Of a stretch of DNA of 64,000 bases, positions 16,231 through 27,200 are shown piece by piece. Both the position numbers and the translations under genes were made by a program. Source of the DNA: Candidatus Multivoradales bacterium (GTDB lineage Bacteria > Acidobacteriota > Thermoanaerobaculia > Multivoradales > J023); the NCBI GenBank assembly GCA_965248925.1, contig CBDFLE010000006.1, positions 1,952,001-2,016,000 on the forward strand, read 5' to 3'. Numbering within the stretch: the stretch's first letter is position 1; every line of letters starts with the position of its first letter. Under the pieces are notes generated by a model, which did no database searches, was not told where the DNA came from, and was given only the letters and a program-made list of their open reading frames with translations.

Positions 16231-16560
16231 CAGAATCAACCTCCACGGTTAAGCAAACTGGTACCCAGAAAGAGCGAGCCAGAGTGCGAATAACAACTCG
16301 AACAGCGATTAATGCATCGATAGGTCTCTATGAGAGTACTGGAGAAATTCTGATTCTCAAAATAGAGATAAATTTCAAGCCTGATAGGTAAAGACTTGGC
16401 GCCCTGGCGCTTCGGCAAGTAATGCCGGGGCCTCTTGGCTTTGAGGAGATCGGGGCGGTGGCGAATTCCGCCCAGCTACGCCGGGGGGCGAGAGGACTAG
16501 GGGACGAAACCCCTCGCTAGATCATGACGTCCCCGGTGGGACGGAGAATCCCCACTCTGG

Positions 16561-19137
16561 TCAGCTGCCTTCGCTGTCGTAGAACGATAGGTCGGTATCG
16601 ACCGGCGCTTGCAGGCTGCGCTTCTCTTTGACAAAAGAAAGCAGCTCGTCGTCGCTGTCGATCTCTAGGTGACGTTCGAGTTCGTCGGCGCCAGGAAAGC
16701 GCCCCAGCCCTCGCCGCCAAGCACGGCGGGCCTCGTCGTAGCGGCCCGCCTTGGCATAGGCCTGGCCGAGAGCGACGTAGACTCGCTGCTGGTAGGGCGC
16801 CACCACTCCGCTCTGCTCTTGCAGTTCGGCACAGCGTTCCAGGTCGCGAGCAGCGTCGTCGGAATGACGCAGCGCCCGCGGCCAATGCAGATGGTTCATC
16901 CCCCGCGAGTAAAGCGCCAGCCAAGAATCCGGCTGGGCCGCCAGCACCTTGTCGGCCTCGTCCAGACCGCGCTTGGCCACGCTGCCCTTGCAGACGATCG
17001 CCGCCAGCCCGCCGCAGGCCGGGATCTTGTCGACGTAGGCCACCGACAGCTCGATCCGCCAAGCCGGGTTCTTGGTGGTGTCGGCGCGCTCGGTAAGAAA
17101 GGCGATCGCCCGGTCGTGAGCATCGTACTCGGCCGCCAGACGCCGGTAGTCGCTGGCTTCGCGAGCCTGGTAGACACCTCTCAGCAGGCTCTCAAGTTCT
17201 GCCAACTGACCCTCGATCTCAGCCGCCGAGGGCAGCGCCCGCTTGGCTACCTGGGTGCCCGGCAAGGGACTCAGGCGCCGCGGCTGGGAGATCTCCAGCT
17301 CCCGCCGCTCGGCATAGCTGCCGGGATCCTGGTGCAAAGTGAGTATTTGATCGACTGCCACGTCCTCGAAATACTGTAAACCGCCGTCTGGCCAGCGTAC
17401 TTCCAGCATCTCCACCAGATCCACCGTACCGAGACCAAAATGTAGTCTCGGCTCGCTCTGCCCCGCGAAACCGTTGCCTCCATCGCGCTCACGCACCAGC
17501 ACCCCGGCCGCGGTCGCCAGGGTCACCCGCGTGCCGATGCCGTCGCGATTGACCCCGCTCGACGGATCGGTCACCAGCGCCACCCGCAGCCAATGCGCCC
17601 CTGCCGCCGTCTGGCGGTGATCTAGCAAACCATTGCGAAACAGCTGCGGAGCGTCGCCCTGATTGGCGATGAACAGATCCAGGTCGCCATCGTTGTCATA
17701 GTCCACCACCGCGATGCCGCGGCCATCCCGGTCGCTGTCCAGGCCGGTCGGGCCGGCGTTTTCAGTGAAGGCTAGCAGCCCCTCGTTGCGCCACAGCCGA
17801 GTGCGTTCGTAGCCCGAGAACGAGCGGTCGCCGATCGCCGGCCAGTTGCGGGCGTCGTCGGAATGCTCGCCGGTCACCGTCCACGACGCCAGGTCGTACC
17901 AATAGCTGCCCTCGCCGGCACTGATGAAGCCGTTGACCGCCACGATGTCCAAATCGCCATCGTTGTCGTAGTCGAAGAACTTCGCCCCCCAACCCCAACC
18001 GCCATCGTAGGCCCGCGCCTCCAGGCCGACATCGGTGAAGTGGATCTCGCCCGACTCGTCCGGGCCCTCGTTGTACCAGAGCATGTTGCCCTCTTGCAGG
18101 TACTCGGCGGTGGTGATGTTGGAGACGTAGATATCTAGCCAGCCATCGTTGTTGAAGTCACCAAAGTCGACGTTCATGCCCTTCTTGGTGTCGTAGCCCA
18201 GAGCACTCTCGGTGGCGTTGCGCCAGCTGCCCTCGCCGTCTGAAAGGAAGAGCTGGTCGGGACCGAAATCGTCGGCGGCATAGAGATCGGGCCAGCCGTC
18301 GCCGTCCAAATCCGCCGCTCCCACCGCCAGAGTCCAGCCCGGGTCAGCGACCCCGTGCTTCTCGGCGACCTCGACAAAGCTGCCGTCCCCCTGCTGCTGG
18401 TAGAGGTAGTTGGCGCCGCCGTTGCGGGCGCGCTCGAAGTCTTCGTGCATGATCCGGGTCGACCCCAGATGCCACAGATCGACCTCGCGGAAGTAGTTGC
18501 CAACGTAGATATCCAAAAGACCATCGCGGTCGAAATCGAGAAAGATCGCCGCGTTGCCATTCGCCCACTCGGTGCCCGGCTGGCCATCGCGACGCTGGAA
18601 CACCTCGGCGGTGACCTCACGGAAGGTGCCGTCGCCCTGGTTGCGATATAGCGAGTCCGTGCCCCAACGCACCAGGTAAAGATCCACCAGACCATCGTTG
18701 TCGTAGTCCCCCCACACCGCGTCCATGCTGGTGCCGCGAGCATCGTTGGCTTGCGCCAAGCCGGCCTGCTCCCCCACCTCGGCGAAGCTGCCGTCGCCCT
18801 GGTTGCGATACAGCAGGTTGGGCTCCCCCTTGCGCGACTCGGTGACGAAGAAATCTTGCCAGCCGTCGCCATCGTAGTCGGCACTGGCCACCGCCGCGCC
18901 GACGCTCGCCATCCACGACATGATGTTCGACAACTGAGCGTCCAACACCGGCCGATGATGGCGGTGGGTAATCCCCGCGCTCAACGCCACGTCGACGAAG
19001 AGCGGTTCTTCCGCCTCTGGCAGCCCTGAATGGGCTTCCTCGGCGCAACCACCGAGCACGACGACCAGAGCGACGGCCAACAGCCCGACGAGCAACACAA
19101 GACTCGCGACGGCGAAATGGAGGGGGGCAGTCTTCAA
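16561..19137 (-). CDS. unbV: UnbV/E4-like lipoprotein with C-terminal TPR domain, copy 2
   Basis: Mature sequence identical to copy 1 in the ORF track but with a different signal peptide (lipobox LGGC) and a different last few residues. Start uncertain: TTG 19137 with a GGGAGA RBS, or GTG 19287. Confidence 0.85.
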   Translation of the reverse strand: MKTAPLHFAVASLVLLVGLLAVALVVVLGGCAEEAHSGLPEAEEPLFVDVALSAGITHRHHRPVLDAQLSNIMSWMASVGAAVASADYDGDGWQDFFVTESRKGEPNLLYRNQGDGSFAEVGEQAGLAQANDARGTSMDAVWGDYDNDGLVDLYLVRWGTDSLYRNQGDGTFREVTAEVFQRRDGQPGTEWANGNAAIFLDFDRDGLLDIYVGNYFREVDLWHLGSTRIMHEDFERARNGGANYLYQQQGDGSFVEVAEKHGVADPGWTLAVGAADLDGDGWPDLYAADDFGPDQLFLSDGEGSWRNATESALGYDTKKGMNVDFGDFNNDGWLDIYVSNITTAEYLQEGNMLWYNEGPDESGEIHFTDVGLEARAYDGGWGWGAKFFDYDNDGDLDIVAVNGFISAGEGSYWYDLASWTVTGEHSDDARNWPAIGDRSFSGYERTRLWRNEGLLAFTENAGPTGLDSDRDGRGIAVVDYDNDGDLDLFIANQGDAPQLFRNGLLDHRQTAAGAHWLRVALVTDPSSGVNRDGIGTRVTLATAAGVLVRERDGGNGFAGQSEPRLHFGLGTVDLVEMLEVRWPDGGLQYFEDVAVDQILTLHQDPGSYAERRELEISQPRRLSPLPGTQVAKRALPSAAEIEGQLAELESLLRGVYQAREASDYRRLAAEYDAHDRAIAFLTERADTTKNPAWRIELSVAYVDKIPACGGLAAIVCKGSVAKRGLDEADKVLAAQPDSWLALYSRGMNHLHWPRALRHSDDAARDLERCAELQEQSGVVAPYQQRVYVALGQAYAKAGRYDEARRAWRRGLGRFPGADELERHLEIDSDDELLSFVKEKRSLQAPVDTDLSFYDSEGS
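16578..19021. repeat. 2.44 kb near-identical direct repeat, copy 2 (partner 5428-7871)
   Basis: Direct comparison of the two sequences. Confidence 0.95.
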
Positions 19138-19408
19138 GGTCGGTCTCCCGATTGCACCGCCACTGTGGCCTGGCGGTAAGTAGTCGCTAGGGTAGCCGCG
19201 GCTGGGCCTCTGCGGGCCAAGCCGAGACCACCTACTGAGTTGCTCTACTTGAAAAGGGAGTGTCGCCAGACGATCTTTATCCACCACCTACCGGCAATTT
19301 CCCCCCATCGGCGACAAAAATCCAAGACAATGACTCCGACTAGAACAAGGACTCCCTCGATCCTGGGAATCCGATGTTCAAGAACCTAGCGCTTGGGAAC
19401 TCAATACC

Positions 19409-21793
19409 GTGAGTCACCGAACAGCGGACAGCTTCGCCAGACCTTTCCTGCGGCTCAGCGAGGCGGCGATTCGCCGGCCTCGATTGGCCCTCACTAGCGT
19501 GCTACTGGTGACCCTGCTGGCGCTACCCGGCCTGTGGCGGCTCGAGCTGCGCACCGATGGCCATGCGCTGGTGCCGTCGGCAGACCCGGTGGTGCTTTTC
19601 GACCGCCAAGTACGCCAGCACTTCAAGCTGCGCGATCCGTTGGTGGTGATGCTGAGCACCTCCCATCCGGACGGCATCTACAACGCCGCCACGATGCGCC
19701 GAGTGCGCAATTTGTCGCAGGCGCTGGCGGCGCTACCAGAGGTTGGCGAGGGGCGGGTCACCAGTCTCGCCACCGAGCGTCGCGATCGAGTCTACGAGGG
19801 TACCTTGAACTTCCGCCCCTACCTCGATCCACTGCCGGAGGACCGCCGGCTGCTCGACCAGCTGCGCGGCGACATCGCCGCCGTCGGCCTGCTTGAGGGC
19901 ACCTTGGTGTCAACCGACCAACACGCCACCGCCATCTTGGTGGGAGTGCCCACGACTACCTCCGACAATGCCCGCCGAGCGCTCGACCGAGTGGCGATCT
20001 TCCGCCAAGTGGAGCACACCGCCAAGGCTTTCGCAAGCCCGCTCGATCGCATCGAGGTGGTGGGGGCGCCGGCCGCCGAGGCCCTGCTCGGCCTGCACCT
20101 TTTGCAGGACCTTGTCCTGCTGGTACCCCTGTCCATGCTGTTGATCGCCACGGTGATGTGGTTGGGCTGCCGGCGACTCTGGGGAGTCGCGTTGGGAATG
20201 ATGGAGATCGGTGCCTGTCAGCTATTTACTTTCGGCCTCTTGGGTTGGTCGGGGGTGCCGGTCTACCTCACTTTGGCAGTCTTGCCGGTAATCTTGACCA
20301 CCATCGGTCTAGCTGACGAGATCCATCTGCTGTGGCACCAGCAAGGAGAACTGGCCAGCGAGCCGGCAGGGGTCAGTCGGCGGCAAACCGTGCGCGCAAC
20401 GATGACCGCCATGACCCGGCCGATCGTCCTTACCACTCTGACCACCAGTCTTGGCTTTGCCTCATTCCTGCTCTCGCCGATCGTCCCGGTGCGCTTCTTT
20501 GGCTTGTTCGCCGCCCTCGGCATCCTCTTCTGCATGCTGTGGTCCCTGGTCGCCGTCCCGGCGTTGATGGTGCTGTCACCGAAGCGCTGGCTGCTCCGCA
20601 AGCGAGCTCCGCGTCAGCCCTCACGGCACTCCTTGCTGACTCTCGGCAGCCGCCACCCACGCTGGGTTCTGGGGCTGCTGGCACTGCTCAGTTTGGGCTT
20701 GGGAGCAGGAGTTTTTCGCCTCCAGGTTCAAGACAGCTGGATCGATGGCTTCGCCCCCAAGAGTACGTTCCGGCAAGCGACAGACGAGGTCAACGAGCGC
20801 TTTTTCGGCACCCACCTGCTCCTCGCTCACCTGACTTTCAACACCCCCGAGGAGCAAATCCCGGCGGTCCTGGATCACCGCGGCCCGCTTCTCGACCCGG
20901 AGCTGCTAAACAAGATTGGCGGCTTCGAGACCTTCGCCCGGCAACGGCCCGAAGTCGGCGGCGTGATTGGGCCGCACAGCCGGCTGGCGGCGGCCAACGC
21001 GCTGCTCACCGGCCGCAAGGAAGAGAACCGCCGGATCCCCGACACGGTGTATTGGGTGTGGAAACTGCTGGGCCACTTCAAGACCGCTCAAGGCGAGCTG
21101 CGGCTGCGGCAGATGATCAACGCCGAACTCGACCAGGCGGTGGTGACGATCTTCCTCAAAGACGCCAACTACCGCCAGACCGAGACTCTGATGGAAGCGC
21201 TGCACAGCTACGCTGAGGAGCATCTGGAAGCCGGTCTCGTCCAACTGCGGCTAGCTGGTGACGTGGCGGTCAGCCAAGCAATGATCCCCGCCATCGTCAA
21301 GACTCAAGTGCTGTCTCTGCTGCTCGCTTTGGGCGGCGCGACCTTGCTGCTAGCGCTGATCTACCGCTCGCTGGCGGCGGCGCTGGCAGCGGTCGGCCCG
21401 GCCATGGTGGCGGTGTTGTGGACCTTTGGCGCCATGGGCTGGACCGGCATTCCCTTAGGCGTCGCCACCTCGATGTTCTGCGCCATCACCCTGGGTATTG
21501 GCGTCGACTATGGCATCCATTTCTTCGAGCGCTACCGACTGGCGGCCAGCCACGGCGCTGAGCAACCGGTGGCGGTCGCGCTGGCCGAAGCCGGCCCGGC
21601 GATCATCACCGACAGCCTGGCGATCGCCATAGGCTTCGGCCTACTCGGTTTTTCGCAAGTGCCGGCCAACGCCCGCTTGGGCCTGCTGGTGGCGCTGGCT
21701 CTAGGCGCCGCCTGCCTGCTGACTCTGCTCGGCCTAGCCGCACTGTTGGAAACTCGCGGCGAGCCGGCGGCAAAGAGCTTGGAATCTATCTGA
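19409..21793 (+). CDS. MMPL/RND-superfamily exporter
   Basis: Two repeats of 1 TM + large loop + 5 TM; conserved TIGLADEIHL and LGIGVDYGIHF helices. Confidence 0.88.
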   Translation: MSHRTADSFARPFLRLSEAAIRRPRLALTSVLLVTLLALPGLWRLELRTDGHALVPSADPVVLFDRQVRQHFKLRDPLVVMLSTSHPDGIYNAATMRRVRNLSQALAALPEVGEGRVTSLATERRDRVYEGTLNFRPYLDPLPEDRRLLDQLRGDIAAVGLLEGTLVSTDQHATAILVGVPTTTSDNARRALDRVAIFRQVEHTAKAFASPLDRIEVVGAPAAEALLGLHLLQDLVLLVPLSMLLIATVMWLGCRRLWGVALGMMEIGACQLFTFGLLGWSGVPVYLTLAVLPVILTTIGLADEIHLLWHQQGELASEPAGVSRRQTVRATMTAMTRPIVLTTLTTSLGFASFLLSPIVPVRFFGLFAALGILFCMLWSLVAVPALMVLSPKRWLLRKRAPRQPSRHSLLTLGSRHPRWVLGLLALLSLGLGAGVFRLQVQDSWIDGFAPKSTFRQATDEVNERFFGTHLLLAHLTFNTPEEQIPAVLDHRGPLLDPELLNKIGGFETFARQRPEVGGVIGPHSRLAAANALLTGRKEENRRIPDTVYWVWKLLGHFKTAQGELRLRQMINAELDQAVVTIFLKDANYRQTETLMEALHSYAEEHLEAGLVQLRLAGDVAVSQAMIPAIVKTQVLSLLLALGGATLLLALIYRSLAAALAAVGPAMVAVLWTFGAMGWTGIPLGVATSMFCAITLGIGVDYGIHFFERYRLAASHGAEQPVAVALAEAGPAIITDSLAIAIGFGLLGFSQVPANARLGLLVALALGAACLLTLLGLAALLETRGEPAAKSLESI

Positions 21794-22005
21794 GACGACC
21801 CCACCCAAAGCCTCCTCTTGAGGCTCTATCTTCCCTGCCGGGGGTCAAGGCGAGCCGCGGCTGACTCCGTTTAGAGCAGAGAAGGTAAGAGGTGTCCGGC
21901 CAACCGTTCTCGACTCGATCGAGAGTCCAGCGGAAGGCCCGTCGTCAAAGAGCTTTCGACCTTCGTCGAAACGCTCAAATCAATCCTCCCAGGAAGGAGA
22001 TCCTG

Positions 22006-22881
22006 ATGAAGAGAAGCTTCAAACTAGGTGTTCTGTGCCTTGTCGCAGCCACCCTCCTATTGATCGTCCCGGCCCAGGCACACGATGTCAACGCCGGCAT
22101 TGACTTGTGGAAGACGGTCGGCGCCAACAACGGTACCTACGTCGATTTCAGCTCGCAGAGCATCCCGCTGAACTTCTTCTGCGCCGGCTATGGCGGGTAC
22201 ACGGGAACGATCGCTCTCAAAGGTAAGGCGATTGCCGCCACCAAGAGCCTGCAGGGTGCCGACACCGTCATCGAGCGCACCACAGACGAAGACGTCAACG
22301 GCAACGCAAACATGATCGTTCGGGTGCTCTCGCTGCAAGGCAAGACGCAGTTCTCTGCCGGCGTGTGTGGCACTTCGCACACCGTCAAAGTAGGGCTCGA
22401 CCCGAGCCGCGTCCAGGACAACACCAACATCAACTTCGTCCATTCGGCCTCGACCGGCGGCGTTTTCAGCGCCACTATCTCGGTCAAGGGCGAAGTCGTG
22501 TTCACCGAGGTGGGCAGCGGTGTGGTACGTGCGATCTCCAACGACATCGTCATGCAGACCAGCAATGCTTGCTGGAATCACACCACCGGCAGCGGCGGCA
22601 TCACGGTCTCCGGCCCGGTGACCGTCGATACCACCTGTGACGGCATTCCCGACCTCACCTTGCCGGGCACTTCCAACTTCCACGCCGGTTGGTGCCCGCC
22701 GTCCGGTGGCAGTGGCCCGCCGACCGCGTCGACGATCAACCACACCGGTCCTCACCCGACCAAGCCACCGAAGAAGAAGTGCAGCATCCGGCCGGTCGAT
22801 GACTGGATTGGGATCGAGTTCGGCTTTGACGAGTTCGGCAAGGCGATCGCTATCGAGACCTGCCAGGTCTTGAACCAGTAG
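22006..22881 (+). CDS. Secreted Cys-rich, beta-rich hypothetical protein SP1
   Basis: AAGGAG RBS; Sec signal ending AQA; strong C-ending codon bias; clear paralogue of 23267-24190. Confidence 0.85.
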   Translation: MKRSFKLGVLCLVAATLLLIVPAQAHDVNAGIDLWKTVGANNGTYVDFSSQSIPLNFFCAGYGGYTGTIALKGKAIAATKSLQGADTVIERTTDEDVNGNANMIVRVLSLQGKTQFSAGVCGTSHTVKVGLDPSRVQDNTNINFVHSASTGGVFSATISVKGEVVFTEVGSGVVRAISNDIVMQTSNACWNHTTGSGGITVSGPVTVDTTCDGIPDLTLPGTSNFHAGWCPPSGGSGPPTASTINHTGPHPTKPPKKKCSIRPVDDWIGIEFGFDEFGKAIAIETCQVLNQ

Positions 22882-22884
22882 AAA

Positions 22885-22938
22885 TCCGACGGGGAGGCGG
22901 CATCTTGGTTTGCCGTCCACGAGCCGCCCCCCGCCGGA
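22885..22938 (+). terminator. Long GC-rich imperfect stem-loop immediately after SP1 (terminator or mRNA stabiliser)
   Basis: TCCGACGGGGAGGCGG pairs imperfectly with CCGCCCCCCGCCGGA; no U-tract. Confidence 0.4.
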
Positions 22939-23266
22939 GGTAGGCATCGTTCCCGGGTTCTAGGTTGGTCGAGCTGATCGCGTCATCGGTGACGGACACC
23001 TCGATAACCAAGCCCCCGACGGGGCAGCTGACGTGCAGCTCTCCCAGCCGAGGCCCGGGGCCGATGGTTCTTATCTTAGCAATGAGGCAGCAGCCGGAGA
23101 GACCTCTCGCTGGTGGGCTGCTCAAGAGCCAGATGGGGTGCAATCTAGCCACGGTGAGGTCATCTCTATCGCGCTCGTCACAGTGGGCGAGCAGGCGAAG
23201 GCTGATCTCCGGCGAGCGCCGTTGTTGGCGACTCGCAAACCGCGGCTCTAACGTTTGGAGGAAAAC

Positions 23267-24190
23267 ATGTTTAGAAGTCATTCCCAGTCAATTCTGTGCC
23301 TCTGTGCCGCTCTCGTCTTGCTAGCGGTGCCAGCCGCGGCATCCAACGTCAACTCCGGCATCGACCTGTGGGTCACCGTTGCCAACGGCACCAGTGTCAA
23401 CTTTTCGGGTCAGGCCATCCCCGCCGGATTTTTCTGCGCCGGCTCGAATTCGTTCAGCGGCTCGATCTCGCTCAAGGGCAAGAACATCGCCGCCAACATG
23501 GGTCTGCAGGGAGCTGACACGATCCTCGAGCGGCCAGTGACCGCGGTGCTGGGTTCGGTAGCTACGGTTCCACTGGTCCTCAGGGTTCTATCGTTGCAGG
23601 ACGTGACACCGCATTCGGTTCCCGAGTGTGGATCGAGCTACGACGTCTTCGTACGGCTCAACCAGTCGATCAGCCAGCCGCAGGGCAGCATTACGATCAG
23701 CCATTCGATGGCCACCGGCGGTACTTTCAACTCGGTGCTACCGGTAGAGACCGAGGTGATCTTCACCAACACCGTGAGCGGTGATGTCAAGACGATCACC
23801 AACAGCACCGTCCTGACCACCACGACCGCTTGCTGGAACCACACTCCGGGCCCCGGCGGCATTGTCGTCAACGGCCCGGTGACCGTCGACAGTGACGGCG
23901 ACGGCATCATCGACCTCACCCTGCCGGGGACCTCGAACTTCGCCCCGGGCTGGTGTGCACCGGCCGGCGGTACTGGTAACCCGACCTTCAGCCCGCCGAC
24001 CCATCAGGCGCCGACTCACGCCCACAAGGTGAAGGCGCCGAAGAAGAAGTGCAGCATCCGGCCGATCGAGATCGATCTCACCGAGTTCGGCGACGAGCAG
24101 GTTGGTGGCAAGGCCACCAGCACGCAGATTGGCGAGATCGGCTTTGTCAACCTCATCGCTTGTGATGCGGTGGTGCTCAGCCCCAGGTAG
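23267..24190 (+). CDS. Secreted Cys-rich, beta-rich hypothetical protein SP2
   Basis: GGAGG RBS; Sec signal ending AAA; shares GIDLWxTV, IPxxFFCAG, LQGADT, RVLSLQ, ACWNHT, DLTLPGTSNF, GWC and PKKKCSIRP with SP1. Confidence 0.85.
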   Translation: MFRSHSQSILCLCAALVLLAVPAAASNVNSGIDLWVTVANGTSVNFSGQAIPAGFFCAGSNSFSGSISLKGKNIAANMGLQGADTILERPVTAVLGSVATVPLVLRVLSLQDVTPHSVPECGSSYDVFVRLNQSISQPQGSITISHSMATGGTFNSVLPVETEVIFTNTVSGDVKTITNSTVLTTTTACWNHTPGPGGIVVNGPVTVDSDGDGIIDLTLPGTSNFAPGWCAPAGGTGNPTFSPPTHQAPTHAHKVKAPKKKCSIRPIEIDLTEFGDEQVGGKATSTQIGEIGFVNLIACDAVVLSPR

Positions 24191-24295
24191 CTGAACTCCG
24201 GCGGCATCGTCCTTGCTCGACAGCGACACGGGACGATGCCCCCCTCTTGGGTGTCAAAACAGCGCACAAGGACTACCAGCGATAGGTCCTCAAAG

Positions 24296-27200
24296 ATGAA
24301 TCACAGCAGCCCAGCCATCGCCATCGTCGGCCTCGCCTGCCACTATCCCGACGCTCGCAATCCTCGCCAGCTGTGGGAAAACGCGCTCAGCCAGCGCCGT
24401 GCATTCCGCGCCATCCCGCCACAGCGCCTCGATCTCGAGGACTATGGCCGTCTGGTCAGTGACCAGGCCGACGGCACTTATGTCGCCGAGGCAGCGCTGC
24501 TCGATGGTTTTGAATTCGATCGGGTGAAGTTCCGCGTCAGCGGCAGCACCTATCGCAGCACCGACCTGGCCCATTGGCTGGCCCTCGATATCGCCTCACG
24601 TGCGCTCGCCGACGCCGGCTTCGCCAACGGCGATCGACTACCCCGCGACCGCGTCGGCGTCCTGGTGGGCAACACTCTGACCGGCGAATTCTCCCGCGCC
24701 CAGCAAATGCGTCTGCGCTGGCCTTACGTTCGCCGGCAGGTCGCCGCCGAGCTCGCCGCCGAAGGCTGGGACGAGCAACGAAGCAGTGCCTTTCTCGGCC
24801 GCTTGGAGCAGAACTACAAGGCACCCTTCCCAGCACCCACCGAAGACACTTTGGCCGGCGGCCTGGCGAACACCATCGCCGGCCGCATCTGCAACCACTT
24901 CGATCTCCACGGCGGCGGCTACACCGTCGATGGCGCTTGTGCTTCGTCCCTGCTGGCCACCGCTCAAGCCTGCACGGCACTAGCCAACGGCGACCTGGAG
25001 ATGGCTTTGGCCGGCGGCGTCGACCTCAGCCTGGATCCCTTCGAGCTGGTCGGATTTGCCCGCAACGGCGCCCTTTCGCCCGGCGAAATGTTGGTGTTCG
25101 ATCAACGATCCCAGGGTTTCTTGCCCGGCGAGGGCTGCGGCTTCGCAGTGCTAATGCGTCATCGCGATGCGTTGCACCAAGGCTTGCGAGTTTACGCCGT
25201 GATCCGTGGTTGGGGGATCTCCTCCGATGGCAGCGGCGGCATCACCCGGCCAGAGGTCGATGGCCAGGTATTGGCTCTGCAACGGGCCTACCAGCGGGCC
25301 GGTTTCGGTATCGACACCGTCGACTTGATCGAGGGGCACGGCACCGGCACGGCGGTCGGCGACACCACCGAACTCACCGCCCTCAACCGCGCCCGGCGCA
25401 ACTCTACCCCCGGTGAGGCCACGCCGCACCACGCTGCTGTGGGTTCGATCAAGGCCAACATCGGCCACACCAAAGCCGCCGCCGGCCTGGCCAGCTTGAT
25501 CAAAGCCAGCCTGGCGCTCGACTCTCAAGTGCTGCCACCGACCACCGGCTGCAAGCTGCCCCACACCCAGATCACCGGCCCCGCCTCAACCTTACGGACC
25601 TTGCGCCAACCCGAGCCCTGGCCTCTTGGGCGGCCGTTGCGTTGCGGGGTGAGCGCGATGGGTTTTGGCGGCATCAACAGCCATCTGGTGTTGGAGAGTG
25701 CCGAGCCGCCTCGGCGAACTTCGGGCCGGCGCATCGACAGCCGCTTCGGCCCCACCCCCCAAGACTGCGAGATGCTGCTCTTCGCCGGCGCGGATAGCGC
25801 GGAACTGAAACAGAAAGTCGAGCGAGTGAAAGTACGGGTGACCAGCCTGACCCACGCCGAACTCGGCGATTTGGCGGCCGAACTCGCCCGCCGGCTGCCG
25901 GCCGACGCCAACTACCGGTGCGCGCTGATCGCCGCCACTCCCAAGCAGCTGCAAGAGCGCCTCGGCAAGCTACGCCAGGCCCTCGACCACCCCTTGGCCC
26001 GCGGTGCCTCGCATCTCGACCCTGAGCATGGCCTGTTCCTCGGTCATGGCGGCCGCCCACCACGGATCGGCCTGCTCTTCCCTGGTCAGGGCTCGCCCGC
26101 CAGGCTCGGTGGAGGTTTATGGCGCCAACGCTTTGCCAGCGCCGCCGAGGTCTATGCCGGCAGCGACTTGCCCAGCGCCGGGGATGGAGTGGACACCGCC
26201 ATCGCTCAGCCTGCCATCGCCACCGCGGCACTGGCCGGCCTGGAGGTTCTGGACAGCCTCGGCGTCCACGCCACCACCGCCATCGGCCATAGCCTCGGCG
26301 AGCTGATCGCCCTCCAGTGGGCCGGCGCCTATGACAGCGCCGCTCTGCTGCGCTTGACTCATGCCCGCGGCCAGGCGATGGCCGAACTCGGTGAGGCCAC
26401 CGGCGCGATGGCCAGCCTGGGCGCCTCGGCGGCTGATGTGGCGCGGCTGATCGACCGCCTTGGGGTCGACAACCTGACCCTGGCCGGCCTCAACTCGCCG
26501 CGTCAAACGGTCATTTCGGGACCGGCGGAGCAAGTTGTCAACGCCCTCGAGCAGGCTGCCAAACAAGGTTGGCAGACCACCCGCTTGGCGGTTTCGCACG
26601 CCTTTCACTCACCCCTGGTGGCGGCCGCCGTGCCGCGCCTGGAAGAAGCCCTGGCGGCTGAGACTTGGGAGACGCCACGGCGAAGGGTGATCTCGACCAT
26701 CACTGGCCAAGTGCTCGATCCGCAAGCTACCCTAGCGCCGCTACTCGCCGCGCAGGTGACCTCGCCAGTACGATTCGTCGAGGCCTTGCAGCTCGCCGCC
26801 GAACACTGTGACGTGTTCCTAGAGGTCGGCCCTGGCGAAGTCTTGACTGGGCTAGCCAGGGCCACCGTCACCCAGCCGATCCTTGCCCTCGATGTCGGCG
26901 GACCGTCACTAGCCGGCCTACTGCAAGCTAGCGGCGCGCTGTGGGCTCTAGGAGCATCGATCCGGCCGGCGGTTCTGTTTGCCGATCGCTACCACCGGCC
27001 GTTGGACCTGGACCACCAACCCGCCCTGCTGAGCAATCCGTGCGAAGAGGCACCGCGACTGGGCGAAGCGCTGGCCAGAGCCACCCGGCCGCCCAACCCC
27101 CCAGCCTCCGACGACCCTGACCTTGCTCCACCGAGCCTCGCCACAACAGTCGTCAGCAGCGCGACCTCGCCCCTCGAAGTGGTCCACCAGTTGGTCTGTC

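Noticed and set aside
16430-16560. Hairpin-rich spacer containing CGAAAC, considered as a hammerhead ribozyme or riboswitch
   Set aside because: No CUGANGA core on either strand and no recognisable aptamer consensus.
22057-22947. 296 aa antisense ORF over SP1 (likewise 32368-33174, 54681-55748, 58450-59397 and similar)
   Set aside because: Shadow ORFs expected from strong GC3 bias; no recognisable motifs.
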